Source: Armatimonadota bacterium (GTDB taxonomy: Bacteria; Armatimonadota; UBA10988). From it: a stretch of DNA of 51,700 nucleotides. The notes under the pieces are model-generated. The model worked only from the letters and a program-made list of their open reading frames with translations. It searched no databases and was not told the DNA's origin. The stretch covers positions 1 through 51,700 of the forward strand of contig JACRKZ010000072.1 of the NCBI GenBank assembly GCA_016235455.1. The letters run 5' to 3'. Each line of letters opens with the position of its first letter. The first letter of the stretch is position 1. A program made the position numbers and the translations under genes. Shown here in pieces: positions 9,417 to 19,660 of this stretch.

Positions 9417-11459
9417 CTACATGTCCAGCGTGCGGGCGATGGTCTGGACGCTGAAGCACTCGATGGTGTCGCCGGCCAGATAGCCCTTGTAGCCGCTGAG
9501 GTAGATGCCGCACTCGAGGCCCTCGACGACCTCGTTGACCGTGTCCTTGACGCGCTTGAGGCTGTCCAGCTTGCCGGTGAAGATGAGCTGCTTGTCGCGG
9601 TACAGGCGAATGTTCTCGCCCCGCTTCATGATGCCGTCGGTCACCTTGCTGCCGGCCACATGGCCGGTACCGGTGATCTGGAACGGCACCAGCACCTCGG
9701 CATGGCCCAGGACCGTCTCGATGTACTCGGGCTCCAGCATGCCTTCCAGCGCCGCGCGGATGTCGTCGAGCAGCTGGTAGATGATGGCGTACAGCCGGAT
9801 CTCCACGCCCTCGTCATCCGCCTGCCGCCGCACCGGCGGCTCGACGCCGACGTTGAAGCCGAGGATGATGGCGTGCGTGCTCGTGGCCAGATCGATGTCG
9901 GTCTTGCCCACCGGGCCGACGCCCGCGTGCTTGACGTCCACGCGCACATCGTCGTTCTTGAGCGCCGCCAGCTTGTGGCAGATGGCCTCCACCGAGCCCT
10001 GCACGTCGCCCTTGACGATGACGTTCAGCGCTTCGACCTGACCGGCCTGCACCTGAGCGAAGATGTCAGCCAGCGACATGCCGGTGACACTCGCCTCGGC
10101 GGCCTTGATACTGCCGGCGTTCTCTTCGGCCAGCTGCCGCGCGGCCCGCTCGTTCTTGGCCACCTGGATGGTGTCGCCCACCTTGGGCACATCACCCAGA
10201 CCGATGACCTCGACCGGCGTCGATGGCCCGGCTTCCTTGAGCTCGTGGCCGAGATGGTCGAGCAGCGTGCGCACGCGACCGCAGACGCCGCCGATGACCA
10301 GCGCGTCGCCCTTCTTGAGGGTTCCGTCGCGCACCAGAATGGTGGCCACCGGGCCGCGGCCCTTGTCGAGGTTGGCCTCGATGACCGTGCCCACCGGCAC
10401 CAGACGCGGGTTGCCGCTGAGTTCCAGGATTTCGCACTGCAAGGTGATGCAGTCGAGCAGATCGCTGACACCCTCGCCGGTCTTGGCCGACAAGCGCACC
10501 GACAAGGTGTCGCCGCCGAAGTCTTCCGTGACGATGTTGTGCTCGAGCATCTGCTGCAGCACACGGTCGGGGTTGGCGCCCGGCTGGTCCATCTTGTTGA
10601 CGGCCACGATGATCGGCACCTTGGCCGCGCGGGCGTGGTTGATGGCCTCCACCGTCTGCGGCATGACGCCGTCGTCGGCGGCCACCACCAGCACGACGAT
10701 ATCGGTCACCTGCGCCCCGCGGGCCCGCATGGCGGTGAACGCCTCATGGCCGGGGGTGTCGATGAAGGTGATCGTCTTGCCTTCGTGCTCCACCTGATAC
10801 GCACCAATGTGCTGCGTGATGCCGCCGGCCTCGCCGTCCACCACATGGGCGTGACGGATGGTGTCCAGCAGCGTGGTCTTGCCGTGGTCGACATGGCCCA
10901 TGATGGTCACCACGGGCGGGATGGTCACCTCGCCGCGGCGCCGTTCACGGCCGGGCGTGACCACCACGGGCGCCTCGACAGCCACCCGCTCGCGCAGTCG
11001 CACGCCGTAGGCCTCGCCCAGGGCGACGGCCTCCTCGGCACTGAACCGCATGTTGATCGTGGCCGGCTTGCCCTGGGCCAGCAGGCTCACAATCATCTGA
11101 TTCAGGTCGACCTTCATCACGTTGGCCAGGTCGCGCAGCGTGATGTTGTCGTCAATCTCGGTAGCCGACGTATCGGCGGCCCGGCGAAGGAGTTCTTCCT
11201 CCTCATCGGTGCGCATATCCGCGCGCACCTCGTCGTTGCCGAGCAACTCGACGCCCTTGCGGCGCTTGGTCTTGCGCTGGACGTCCTTGTTCTGCATCCG
11301 CTCTTCCGCGATCAGCTCACGAAAGACTTCGGCATCGGACTCGGGCACGGGGCTGCTCGCCGAGTCAACGTCCACACCCAAACCCAGCAGGATGTCGAGC
11401 GCCTCCTCGGCCCCCATTAGAAATTCGCGTGCCAGATCCGCTACGGTTTCCTGCGCCAT
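9417..11459 (-). CDS. infB: Translation initiation factor IF-2
   Basis: [41 protein letters not shown] and [10 protein letters not shown]. Confidence 0.98.
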   Translation of the reverse strand: MAQETVADLAREFLMGAEEALDILLGLGVDVDSASSPVPESDAEVFRELIAEERMQNKDVQRKTKRRKGVELLGNDEVRADMRTDEEEELLRRAADTSATEIDDNITLRDLANVMKVDLNQMIVSLLAQGKPATINMRFSAEEAVALGEAYGVRLRERVAVEAPVVVTPGRERRRGEVTIPPVVTIMGHVDHGKTTLLDTIRHAHVVDGEAGGITQHIGAYQVEHEGKTITFIDTPGHEAFTAMRARGAQVTDIVVLVVAADDGVMPQTVEAINHARAAKVPIIVAVNKMDQPGANPDRVLQQMLEHNIVTEDFGGDTLSVRLSAKTGEGVSDLLDCITLQCEILELSGNPRLVPVGTVIEANLDKGRGPVATILVRDGTLKKGDALVIGGVCGRVRTLLDHLGHELKEAGPSTPVEVIGLGDVPKVGDTIQVAKNERAARQLAEENAGSIKAAEASVTGMSLADIFAQVQAGQVEALNVIVKGDVQGSVEAICHKLAALKNDDVRVDVKHAGVGPVGKTDIDLATSTHAIILGFNVGVEPPVRRQADDEGVEIRLYAIIYQLLDDIRAALEGMLEPEYIETVLGHAEVLVPFQITGTGHVAGSKVTDGIMKRGENIRLYRDKQLIFTGKLDSLKRVKDTVNEVVEGLECGIYLSGYKGYLAGDTIECFSVQTIARTLDM

Positions 11460-11821
11460 CAGCTCACCTCATCCACGCTGCCGCCCTCGGACTCCGCCGC
11501 TTCGGCCTGCGCGCCGTGGCCGGGGCCTCGTCGCGCGCCGTGCGGGCAGCTCGCCCGACGTTTGTACAGCTCTTCTTCCAGACCAGCCCGGTCGGCGTCG
11601 GTCAGGGCCACGTTCAGCGACCGCTCCAACGCTCGACGTTCCAGAGCCAGCCGCAAACATTCGCGACTGGGCCCGATGTACGCCCCGCGGCCAGCGGCTT
11701 TGCCCGTGGGGTCAACCACGACGCTGCCGTCGGGCCGCCGCACGATGCGCACCAGGTCACGCTTGGGCATGGCCTGCCGGCAGGCCACGCACGTCCGCTC
11801 GGGAGTGTGCTTGCCTGCCAT
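11459..11821 (-). CDS. ylxR: YlxR/RnpM family RNA-binding protein (DUF448)
   Basis: PERTCVACR...KRDLVRIVR...GRGAY; lies between nusA and infB. Confidence 0.92.
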   Translation of the reverse strand: MAGKHTPERTCVACRQAMPKRDLVRIVRRPDGSVVVDPTGKAAGRGAYIGPSRECLRLALERRALERSLNVALTDADRAGLEEELYKRRASCPHGARRGPGHGAQAEAAESEGGSVDEVS

Positions 11822-11831
11822 CGTTTCCTAC

Positions 11832-12950
11832 CTACACAGCTTCTGGACTGCCCTCGCTCACGGCCGGGGCAGCACTGCCCTCGCTCGCCGCCGGAGCGGG
11901 ACCACCTTCGCCGGCCGCCATCTGCGACTCCGAGCGAATGTCCAACTTCAATTCTGTCAGTCGGGCGGCCAGACGGACATTCTGACCGGCGCGGCCAATG
12001 GCCAGCGACTGCTGGTCGTCCGGCACCACCACCGTCGCGGCGATGTTGTCGCGACTGAGCAGCACGCGGCTGATCTTGGCCGGCGACAGCGCCTCCGCCA
12101 CGTTCTGGCGCGGGTCGTCGTGCCAGCGGATGATGTCGATCTTCTCGTCCGCCAGCTCCTGGGTCACGGCCTGCACGCGGCTGCCGCGATGGCCCACACA
12201 GGCGCCCACCGGGTCGACGTTGGTGTCGCGCGTGGCCACCGCCACCTTGCTGCGCACACCCGCCTCGCGGGCCAGTCGGACAATCTCGACCACGCCGTCG
12301 TGGATCTCGGGCACTTCGCGCTCAAAGAGCCGGCGCAGCAGGTTCGGGTGCGTCCGCGAGACGATGATCTGCGGCGCGCGACTGGTCTCGTCGACACGCA
12401 GCAACAACACCTCGATGCGGTCGCCGAACCGGTAGTGGTCGCCGCGCATCTGCTCGCCCTTGGGCAGAATGGCCTCGCCCTTGCCCAGGCTGACCACCAC
12501 GGCGCCCTTCTCCTGGCGCTGCACCACCGCCTGGATGATCTCGCCCACGCGGTCGACGTACTCGTTGAACAGGATCTCGCGCTCCAGGTCGCGGATGCCC
12601 TGCACCATCATCTGCTTGACCGTCTGCGCGGCGATGCGGCCGAAATCTTCGGGCGTTTCGTCGACGTCCATGACGTCGCCAATCTCGGCCTCGGGGTCGA
12701 TCTCGCGCGCCTCTTCCAAACTGATCTGGATGGTCGGGTCCTCGACCTTGGCGACGGCCACCTTCTCTACGTAGATACAGAAGCCATGCGGCGACGTGGG
12801 ATCGATCTCCACCGAGACCTCGGCCAGCGTCCCCTTGTGTCGGCGGTAACCGGCGGCCAGGGCCTTCTGGAGCTGATCGACCAGTCGCTCCACGGGAATG
12901 TCTTTCTCCCGTGCTAACTGATGCAACATATCGAGTAGATCGCCGCTCAT
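11832..12950 (-). CDS. nusA: Transcription termination/antitermination factor NusA (short form, no AR domains)
   Basis: FGRIAAQTVKQ, IIVSRTHP, AREAGVRSKVAV, DPVGACVG and SLAIGRAGQNVRLAA. Start placed at MSGDLL (12950) after a GGAG RBS. Confidence 0.97.
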   Translation of the reverse strand: MSGDLLDMLHQLAREKDIPVERLVDQLQKALAAGYRRHKGTLAEVSVEIDPTSPHGFCIYVEKVAVAKVEDPTIQISLEEAREIDPEAEIGDVMDVDETPEDFGRIAAQTVKQMMVQGIRDLEREILFNEYVDRVGEIIQAVVQRQEKGAVVVSLGKGEAILPKGEQMRGDHYRFGDRIEVLLLRVDETSRAPQIIVSRTHPNLLRRLFEREVPEIHDGVVEIVRLAREAGVRSKVAVATRDTNVDPVGACVGHRGSRVQAVTQELADEKIDIIRWHDDPRQNVAEALSPAKISRVLLSRDNIAATVVVPDDQQSLAIGRAGQNVRLAARLTELKLDIRSESQMAAGEGGPAPAASEGSAAPAVSEGSPEAV

Positions 12951-12963
12951 TGTCGCTCCAGCC

Positions 12964-13425
12964 TCAATCGCCCCAGTCATACACGAGGTGGGCCCGCTCC
13001 ACGCACTGCCAGGGCACTGCGTGCTGCACACCGTCGACATCGATCGTGATGCCGTCCTCGCTGACCGCCGCCAACCGACCCTGTATCGTGACCGGCCCCT
13101 CGCCCGCGGTGTGGCGCACACGCACCGTCTTGTCCACCGCGCGCTCGTAGTGCGCCGGCTTCCGCAACGGACGGTCCACACCCGGCGATGACACCATCAA
13201 CCGGTACGTGCCTCGAATCGGATCCACCTGATCCAGGTACTGGCTGACCAGGAAACTCAGCTCCGCGCACTCATCGAGGTTGATGGTGCCCGGCGCGTCC
13301 AGCTTGTCGGCCAATATGGTCACATGCGCCCCACGACCCGTGGTCTTCTGCAACTCGACGAGTTCGTACCCAGCACCCTCGAGGAGGGTGGTGAGATCGC
13401 TCTCAATCGTGCTCCAATCGACCAC
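12964..13425 (-). CDS. rimP: Ribosome maturation factor RimP
   Basis: INLDECAELS...YRLMVSSPGVDRPL; AGGAG RBS; first gene of the nusA-infB operon. Confidence 0.94.
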   Translation of the reverse strand: MVDWSTIESDLTTLLEGAGYELVELQKTTGRGAHVTILADKLDAPGTINLDECAELSFLVSQYLDQVDPIRGTYRLMVSSPGVDRPLRKPAHYERAVDKTVRVRHTAGEGPVTIQGRLAAVSEDGITIDVDGVQHAVPWQCVERAHLVYDWGD

Positions 13426-13438
13426 ATTGGTCTCCTAC

Positions 13439-13470
13439 AGAAAACAAGAGCGCGGGCAGAACCCACGCTC
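13439..13470 (-). terminator. rimP leader attenuator hairpin
   Basis: Minus strand GAGCGTGGG-TTCTG-CCCGCGCTC followed by TTGTTTTCT, between the promoter and the rimP RBS; matches the known GGG...CCC rimP-leader type. Confidence 0.8.
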
Positions 13471-13497
13471 GCGGTTCACAATCCAGGGCCATGGCCG

Positions 13498-13526
13498 AGT
13501 ATAGCACGTCGCGGGCCGGGAGGCAA
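13498..13526 (-). promoter_or_regulatory. Sigma70 promoter of the rimP-nusA-infB operon
   Basis: Minus strand TTGCCT-17 nt-TATACT with extended -10 TG. Confidence 0.75.
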
Positions 13527-13575
13527 CCTGGGCCGACCTGAGCCGCGCCGGCGGCGCCTTCCTCGCGAACGAGCC

Positions 13576-13604
13576 TTGCACGCGCTGTGGCGCGACGGTA
13601 TGCT
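13576..13604 (+). promoter_or_regulatory. Divergent sigma70-type promoter
   Basis: TTGCAC-17 nt-TATGCT upstream of the gene at 13663. Confidence 0.55.
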
Positions 13605-13662
13605 AGGAGATGGGCGCGCCCAGGGGGCTCGCCGAACCCCACATGGGAAGGGTGAAGACGGC

Positions 13663-15009
13663 ATGAAGCGCTGGTGGTTGGGCATTCTGCCGCTCGTTCT
13701 GGGCTGCCTTGCGGCGCCGCTCCGAACGGACGCGGCCAACATCGTCACCTTGTCGCCGGTCCGCGCCTCGCGCGCGCTGTGCGTCGTGGGCGAAACGGTG
13801 GATCTGACGGTCACCATCGACAATCAGAGCGACCGGCTGCTGTCCGCGCTGACCGCGGCCGTCGCGTTGCCCGAGGGCTGGGAGGCCGAGCCGACGCGCA
13901 TCGAGGTGCCCGGTCTGGCGCCGTTCACCAAGCAGGCCATGCGCTTCGTCATCACCGCCACCTCCGCGGGCCACGGCGACGGGCGCATCACGCTCAACGG
14001 GCCCGGCCTGCCCAAGGAGCTGGTGTCCGCCTTCCCGTTGGTCAGTTGCCAGCCGCTGCCCGTGATGTCCGCCTGGCGGCAGTTGGCGCAGCGCAGCGTG
14101 GGCAAGATCCCCGACGACGACACGCTGTACGTCTCCACCGGCGCCTACGTGCTGTTCTTCCCGCGCTGTGGCGAAGGCTACGGGCCGGGGCTGATCTACC
14201 TGCGCGTGGGCGACGACTGGCGCCGCATGGGCACCATCCCGGCCATGGGCCGCGCCATCTACCGCGACACCATCTCGGCCGAGGCCCATCAGTACGGACC
14301 CAGCGACCATTGGGTCTATGCCAGCAAGTACTGGATCTACCCGAGCGTGCCCAAGACCGGCGACGTGCTCGTGCTCAAGGACCAGTGGCAGGACAACAAC
14401 GGCCGCTACTGGACCGCCAAGGCCTACTTCGCGCCGACCGCCGACCCGCGCGTCATCAAGTGCACGCACATGCTGTGGTGCACCGATGCCGCCGCCCTCT
14501 ACCGCTATGAGGGGCCCATGGCCAGCGCCGGCGACGGCACGTTCGGCAGCGCCCAGCACGGCCTGCAGGCGCCCGGCGTCCTGCCCGTGCCCACGCCCGA
14601 CCCGTTCCTCCAGCGCACCGCGCCACTGGCCGAGGGGCTGATGGGTGTGCAGTCGCCGCTCGGCGGCACGCTGGCCATGATGTGGGATACGCGCCAGCAG
14701 TGGACCACCGGCCGCACCTTCCCGCAGGCCCTGATGGCCGCGCCCAACGTGCTGCGCAACCAGGACAACACGTTCATGTCGCTGCTGGTGCCGGACTTCC
14801 AGCCCACCCAACGGGTCAGCGACACGCTGGCCGCCAAGCCGCTGGACCTGCCCCGGGGACGCTTTGTCTACCTGCGCTCGGAGCTGTTCGTGGCCGGCGG
14901 CAGCCTGGCCGAGGCGCACAACGCCTACACCGAGCGCTTCGGCGCGGCCGGCCCGGGGCGAGCGCTGTTGCCCGATCCCGACGTGCGCACCGGCAAGCCC
15001 GACTGGTAG
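13663..15009 (+). CDS. Secreted hypothetical protein with N-terminal NEW3/Ig-like domain
   Basis: MKRWWLGILPLVLGCLAAPL signal; GETVDLTVTIDN...VALPEGW...LAP...FVIT (NEW3-like); the remainder is rich in aromatic residues. Confidence 0.7.
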   Translation: MKRWWLGILPLVLGCLAAPLRTDAANIVTLSPVRASRALCVVGETVDLTVTIDNQSDRLLSALTAAVALPEGWEAEPTRIEVPGLAPFTKQAMRFVITATSAGHGDGRITLNGPGLPKELVSAFPLVSCQPLPVMSAWRQLAQRSVGKIPDDDTLYVSTGAYVLFFPRCGEGYGPGLIYLRVGDDWRRMGTIPAMGRAIYRDTISAEAHQYGPSDHWVYASKYWIYPSVPKTGDVLVLKDQWQDNNGRYWTAKAYFAPTADPRVIKCTHMLWCTDAAALYRYEGPMASAGDGTFGSAQHGLQAPGVLPVPTPDPFLQRTAPLAEGLMGVQSPLGGTLAMMWDTRQQWTTGRTFPQALMAAPNVLRNQDNTFMSLLVPDFQPTQRVSDTLAAKPLDLPRGRFVYLRSELFVAGGSLAEAHNAYTERFGAAGPGRALLPDPDVRTGKPDW

Positions 15010-15057
15010 GGAACTCCCGGCGCCCGGCGGGCGCTGTACATGGTGTTGGAGAGCGAC

Positions 15058-15783
15058 ATGCCTGAACGAGTCTTCCGCAACGTCGATCTGGACCTCGATG
15101 ACCTGGCCGATGCCGTCGTCGATTGGTTCGTCCGCGATGGTTTCTCGGTGCAGGATTTCGTCGAGGGCTCCACGGTCTTCCTGCAGGCCCGCAAGGAGAA
15201 CCTGGTCACCAAACTGTCCTTCACCGGTCAGGCGCTCAACGTGCGGCTGACGCCGCTGGCGCGCGGCTTCCGGGTCGACGTGGCCGCCGGTGACTGGCTC
15301 GACAAGGGCGTGGGCGCCGGCGTGGCCGGGCTGGCCATCAAGTTCATCAACCCCATCCTGGGGGTCGGCGCCGGCATGGCCACCGGCTACGGCATCTACC
15401 AGCAACTCAAGCTGCCCGAACGCGTGCTCGAGTACATCGAGTGGTATGTGGACGAGCACGGCCGGCCCGAGGACGACGCCGAGGAGCGTCGGCCACGCCG
15501 CTCGGCGCGCCGCAGCGATGACGACATCGACCGTGAGATCGCCGGCCTCAGCGAGGCCAAGCCACCCACCGCGCCAGCGCCGACCACCACCGCGGCCCCG
15601 GTACGCGGCGGCGGATTCTGCCCCCAGTGCGGCGCCACGCTCTACCAGGGCGCCGTGTTCTGCCATGAGTGCGGCACCAGGCTCGGGGCACCGGCCGCGG
15701 CACCGACGCCGCCCACCCCGCCGACGCCACCGGCGCCGGCCGGCAGCGAGGCGCCGCGACCCAGCCCCGACGACGAGGCGTGA
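15058..15783 (+). CDS. Double zinc-ribbon domain protein with Gly-rich hydrophobic hairpin
   Basis: FCPQCGATL...AVFCHECGTRL; GVGAGVAGLA...LGVGAGMATGYG; Pro-rich tail; GGAGAG RBS before ATG 15058. Confidence 0.8.
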   Translation: MPERVFRNVDLDLDDLADAVVDWFVRDGFSVQDFVEGSTVFLQARKENLVTKLSFTGQALNVRLTPLARGFRVDVAAGDWLDKGVGAGVAGLAIKFINPILGVGAGMATGYGIYQQLKLPERVLEYIEWYVDEHGRPEDDAEERRPRRSARRSDDDIDREIAGLSEAKPPTAPAPTTTAAPVRGGGFCPQCGATLYQGAVFCHECGTRLGAPAAAPTPPTPPTPPAPAGSEAPRPSPDDEA

Positions 15784-16535
15784 GCCGGTCGGACGACGAC
15801 GGCCGCCTGTACCGCGAGTATCCCTGGCTGTACGACGCCGTGGCTCGGCCGCGCCCGGGTGAGTTCGCCCATTACCACCGCCTGGCCCTGGCCGCTGGCG
15901 GCGCCGTGCTCGAACCGGCCTGCGGCTCTGGCCGCCTGCTCGCGCCACTGCGCGAAGCCGGCCTCGAGGTCTGGGGCTGCGACGGCGAGCCGGCCATGGT
16001 CGCCGCCGCCGCCGCGCGCCTCGCCGGCGGCCAGGGGAGCCCACACCACCTGGCCGTGCAAGCACTGGCCGAACTGCATCTGCCCGTGCGCGCCGGCCTG
16101 GTCATGCTGCCGCTGGACGCGCTGCGGCTGTGCCCCGACGACGCCGCCCTCCTGGCGCTGCTGGCGCGCTGCCGCAAGCACCTGCGCCCCGGGGGCACCC
16201 TCGCCGGCGACCTCTACCTGCCGGCGAGCCGTGACGACATGAGCGGCCATTGCGGGCCGTTCGCCCACCCCGACGGCGGCACCACGCGCCTGACCGCGAA
16301 CTGGCAGGTGCAGGGCGAGTGGGATGTCGAGGTCTCGCACATCGTCACGCTGACCTCCGACGGCCGTCAGGTCGACGCGCGCTCGACCGAACGCTATCGG
16401 CGCATACCGCTGACCCGACTGCTCGATGCCCTGGCCCAAGCCGGCTTCGGCCCGCCTCGCCTGTGGGCTGGGTTCGGGGGCCGCGCCTGGCACGAAGGCG
16501 ACACCTGGGTAGCCTTCGCCGCGCAGCGCGTGTAG
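15780..16535 (+). CDS. Class I SAM-dependent methyltransferase
   Basis: VLEPACGSGR motif I; GCDGEPAM; HLRPGGTL; GTGA overlap with the upstream stop. Confidence 0.85.
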   Translation: MSRSDDDGRLYREYPWLYDAVARPRPGEFAHYHRLALAAGGAVLEPACGSGRLLAPLREAGLEVWGCDGEPAMVAAAAARLAGGQGSPHHLAVQALAELHLPVRAGLVMLPLDALRLCPDDAALLALLARCRKHLRPGGTLAGDLYLPASRDDMSGHCGPFAHPDGGTTRLTANWQVQGEWDVEVSHIVTLTSDGRQVDARSTERYRRIPLTRLLDALAQAGFGPPRLWAGFGGRAWHEGDTWVAFAAQRV

Positions 16536-16634
16536 GCGGCGCCTGACCCAGACCAACGCGCCGCACAGCCGCCCTCGGCGACCTGCAGGAGCCTCCGCGC
16601 GCCTGGGTTGTTGCGATTCCATGACGAGCAGCCC

Positions 16635-16663
16635 TTGCCTCCTGGAAACAACCTTGCTAGTAT
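16635..16663 (+). promoter_or_regulatory. Upstream dnaK promoter (P1), overlapped by an operator
   Basis: TTGCCT-17 nt-TAGTAT with extended -10 TG. Confidence 0.55.
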
Positions 16664-16673
16664 AGCTATCAAG
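16653..16673. promoter_or_regulatory. HAIR-like variant inverted repeat upstream of dnaK
   Basis: CTTGCTAG-TATAG-CTATCAAG (21 bp); closely matching copy before clpB. Confidence 0.75.
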
Positions 16674-16701
16674 ATACATGAGCCCGAGTTAGAAGGCCAT
16701 A

Positions 16702-16730
16702 TTGACAGAGTAATGAACCGTCCCTAGAAT
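16702..16730 (+). promoter_or_regulatory. Proximal dnaK promoter (P2)
   Basis: TTGACA-17 nt-TAGAAT, near consensus in a high-GC background. Confidence 0.8.
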
Positions 16731-16786
16731 GGGACATGACAGCGAAGGCGGTCGGCTGAGCCGCCGAGTGATTGGGAGACTGGGAC

Positions 16787-18619
16787 ATGGCGAAGGTTCT
16801 GGGCATTGACCTGGGCACGACCAACTCGTGCATGGCGGTGATTGAGAACGGCGAGCCGGTGGTCATTCCGAACGCCGAGGGCAACCGGACGACGCCGTCG
16901 GTGGTGGCCTTCCGCAAGGATGGCGAGCGGCTGGTCGGCGAGGTGGCCAAGCGTCAGGCAGTGATGAACCCGACCCGGACCATCACCAGCACCAAGCGCA
17001 AGATCGGCACGCGCCACCGCTACAATATCGACGGGCGCGAGTACTCGCCCGAAGAGATTTCGGCGTTCATCCTGATGAAGCTGAAGGCCGACGCCGAAGC
17101 GTACCTGGGCGACGAGGTCAAGCAGGCGGTCATCACGGTGCCGGCTTACTTCGACGACAGCCAGCGCACGGCCACCAAGAACGCCGGTGAGATCGCCGGG
17201 CTGGAAGTGTTGCGCATCATCAACGAGCCGACGGCAGCGTCGTTGGCCTACGGTTTGGACAAGAAGACCGAGGAGACCATCCTGGTCTACGACCTGGGCG
17301 GCGGCACGTTCGACGTGTCGGTGCTGGAGGTCGGCGACGGGGTGTTCGAGGTCAAGTCGACCAGCGGCGACACGCAACTGGGCGGCGACGACTTCGACAC
17401 GGCGGTGGTCAACTGGCTGGTCAAGGAGTTCAAGGGCGAGACGGGCATCGAGCTGTCGGGCGACCCGGCGGCCATGCAGCGGCTGCGCACCGCGGCCGAG
17501 AAGGCCAAGAAGGAGCTCTCCAGCCAGACCGTCACCGAGATCAACGAGCCGTTCATCAGCGGCACGCCCGAAGGCCCGGTGCACCTGGTCAAGGAGCTGA
17601 GCCGGGCTCGCTTCGACGAGCTGACCAGCGACCTGGTGGTGCGCACGCGCTCGCCGTTCGACATGGCGCTGCGCGACTCGGGCATCGCCATCGGCGCGCT
17701 GGACGAGGTGGTGCTGGTCGGTGGTTCGACGCGCATGCCCAGCGTGCAGGAGCTGGTGCGCCGGCTGACCGGCAAGGAACCGCACCGCGGCGTCAACCCC
17801 GACGAGGTGGTGGCGGTGGGCGCGGCCATCCAGGCCGGCGTGCTGGCCGGTGAAGTGGGCAATGTGGTCCTGCTCGACGTGACCCCGCTGAGCCTGGGCA
17901 TCGAGACGCTGGGCGGCGTGTTCGACAAGGTCATCGAGCGCAATACGACCATCCCGGTGACCAAGAGCCGCACCTACTCGACGGCCGAGGACGGCCAGAC
18001 GGCGGTGGACATTCAGGTCTACCAGGGCGAGCGCACGCAGGCCCGGCTGAACAAGCTGTTGGGCCAGTTCCGGCTGGATGGCATCCCGCCGGCGCCGCGC
18101 GGCGTGCCGCAGGTTGAGGTGTCGTTCGACATCGACGCCAACGGCATCCTCAACGTGAAGGCCAAGGACCGCGCCACGGGCCGCGAGCAGAAGGTGACCA
18201 TCACGCAGTCGGGCGCGCTCAACGCGGACGAGATCACGCAGATGATCAAGGACGCCGAGCGCTACGCCGAGGAGGATCGCACCTTCCGCGAGCGGCAGGA
18301 TGCGCGCAACGAGCTGGACGCCATGGTGCTCGGCCTGGAGCGCATGTTGCGCGACAGCGGCGAGAACGTGCCGGCCGCGGACAAGACCTCGGTGGAAGAG
18401 GCGTTGGCCAAGGCCAAGACCGTGCTGGAGAACCAGCAGGCCACGGCCGACGAGTTCCGGACGGCCAAGGACGAACTGCAGCAGAGCAGCTTCGCCATGG
18501 CCGAGAAGATGTACCAGGCGCAGCAGCCGGCGGGCGACGAGGGTGAAGGCCCGGCGCCGTCGGCCGCCAGCGCCGACGACGATGTCATCGAGGCGGAATT
18601 CGCCGACGACGACAAGTAA
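16787..18619 (+). CDS. dnaK: Molecular chaperone DnaK (Hsp70)
   Basis: [49 protein letters not shown] and the DDDVIEAEF tail. Confidence 0.98.
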   Translation: MAKVLGIDLGTTNSCMAVIENGEPVVIPNAEGNRTTPSVVAFRKDGERLVGEVAKRQAVMNPTRTITSTKRKIGTRHRYNIDGREYSPEEISAFILMKLKADAEAYLGDEVKQAVITVPAYFDDSQRTATKNAGEIAGLEVLRIINEPTAASLAYGLDKKTEETILVYDLGGGTFDVSVLEVGDGVFEVKSTSGDTQLGGDDFDTAVVNWLVKEFKGETGIELSGDPAAMQRLRTAAEKAKKELSSQTVTEINEPFISGTPEGPVHLVKELSRARFDELTSDLVVRTRSPFDMALRDSGIAIGALDEVVLVGGSTRMPSVQELVRRLTGKEPHRGVNPDEVVAVGAAIQAGVLAGEVGNVVLLDVTPLSLGIETLGGVFDKVIERNTTIPVTKSRTYSTAEDGQTAVDIQVYQGERTQARLNKLLGQFRLDGIPPAPRGVPQVEVSFDIDANGILNVKAKDRATGREQKVTITQSGALNADEITQMIKDAERYAEEDRTFRERQDARNELDAMVLGLERMLRDSGENVPAADKTSVEEALAKAKTVLENQQATADEFRTAKDELQQSSFAMAEKMYQAQQPAGDEGEGPAPSAASADDDVIEAEFADDDK

Positions 18620-18622
18620 CCG

Positions 18623-18666
18623 CGTCGGGGGTGTGCTCGCCGGACCGGCCGGCACACCCCCCGACG
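18623..18666 (+). terminator. GC-rich hairpin directly after dnaK (partial terminator or mRNA stabiliser)
   Basis: CGTCGGGGGTGTGC ... GCACACCCCCCGACG (one bulge); no U-tract. Confidence 0.55.
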
Positions 18667-18697
18667 ATGGTCTGCACAACCCTGAGGAGGGATGACG

Positions 18698-19126
18698 ATG
18701 AGTGCTGTGACAAGGTATCGACCGGGCCTGCCCACGCTGGGCCAGCCGGGCTCGGTCCCGCACCCGTTGTTCCGTCTGAGCGACGCGATGCGGAACACGA
18801 GCTGGCTGCCAGCCCTGGATCTGGTGGAGAGCGCGGATGGCTTCCGGGTCACGCTCGACGTGCCGGGTGTGCGGTCCGAGGACATTGAGGTGACCTTCGA
18901 GGCCGGCAACCTGGTCATCCGCGGCGAGAAGCGCGCGGAGCAGGCCAGCGAGGACCGCGGCTACCGGCTCATTGAGCGCACGCGCGGCGCGTTTGAGCGC
19001 GCGGTGCGCATCGGCACGCCGGTGGATGCCGAGAGCGTGAGCGCCGAGTGCCGTGACGGCGTCCTGACGGTGTGGTTGCCCAAGGCCGCCGAGGCCCGTC
19101 CTCGGCAGATTGCCATCGCCAGCTAG
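18698..19126 (+). CDS. Small heat-shock protein Hsp20 (copy 1)
   Basis: WLPALDLVE...LDVPGV...ERTRGAFER...DGVLTVWLPK...IAI; GAGGAGG RBS (start 18692 or 18698). Confidence 0.93.
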   Translation: MSAVTRYRPGLPTLGQPGSVPHPLFRLSDAMRNTSWLPALDLVESADGFRVTLDVPGVRSEDIEVTFEAGNLVIRGEKRAEQASEDRGYRLIERTRGAFERAVRIGTPVDAESVSAECRDGVLTVWLPKAAEARPRQIAIAS

Positions 19127-19135
19127 GAGTTCACC

Positions 19136-19546
19136 ATGTTTGATCTGCATCGAGCGCGCATCGACAACCTGGCCCGCACGCTGGGCGAGTTGTTCGACGA
19201 GACCCCCCGCCCTGAGCCGTGGGCGCCGGCCGTCGACGTGATCGACCATGGCGACAACCTGGTGCTCAGCATCGATCTGCCCGGCTACCGCCGCGAGGAC
19301 GTGGTCATCGAGATCGACGGCCGCCAGCTCCTGCTGCGTGGCGAGCGCCCCGAGCCGGAGTTGGCCGACGGCGAGACCCCGGTCCATCGCGAGCGGCGCT
19401 TCGGCCGCTTCGAGCGGAGCTTCACGCTGGGCTTCGGCGTCGACCGCGAGCGCATTGCCGCCGAGCTGACCAACGGCGTGCTGACCGTGCAGCTGCCCAA
19501 GGCTGAGCCGGCCAAGCCGCGCCGCATCGAGGTGCGCGCCGCCTAA
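19136..19546 (+). CDS. Small heat-shock protein Hsp20 (copy 2)
   Basis: WAPAVDVID...IDLPG...ERRFGRFERSF...NGVLTVQLPK...IEV. Confidence 0.93.
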   Translation: MFDLHRARIDNLARTLGELFDETPRPEPWAPAVDVIDHGDNLVLSIDLPGYRREDVVIEIDGRQLLLRGERPEPELADGETPVHRERRFGRFERSFTLGFGVDRERIAAELTNGVLTVQLPKAEPAKPRRIEVRAA

Positions 19547-19614
19547 GGCGCACGAAGGTCGGAACCGCGGCCGGCGCAAGGCTTGCTGTCGCCGAGTCTG
19601 GCGACTGGGCAGGA

Positions 19615-19635
19615 GTTGCGCCGGCCGCACTCAAT
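19615..19635. promoter_or_regulatory. Degenerate HAIR site (HspR operator)
   Basis: GTTGCGC-N7-ACTCAAT versus consensus CTTGAGT-N7-ACTCAAG. Confidence 0.5.
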
Positions 19636-19660
19636 TTGCCAGCGGACCACACCGCTCGGA

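Noticed and set aside
12951-13181. N-terminal extension of NusA in the track
   Set aside because: Overlaps rimP out of frame; RBS and homology favour the start at 12950.
15690-15745. Short tandem CCG/ACC repeats
   Set aside because: They encode a Pro/Thr low-complexity linker; not a CRISPR array or mobile repeat.
13603-16065. Other long antisense ORFs (also 2248..4575, 9660..11420, 42903..45506)
   Set aside because: They lie opposite well-supported genes and are expected from GC3 bias.
16653-16673. CIRCE (HrcA) or CtsR operator interpretation
   Set aside because: Does not match TTAGCACTC-N9-GAGTGCTAA or the GTCAAA direct repeat; its geometry fits HAIR.
16724-19630. 968-aa antisense ORF opposite dnaK and the hsp20 genes
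   Set aside because: Typical shadow frame of a high-GC dnaK; no start signals or domain motifs of its own.
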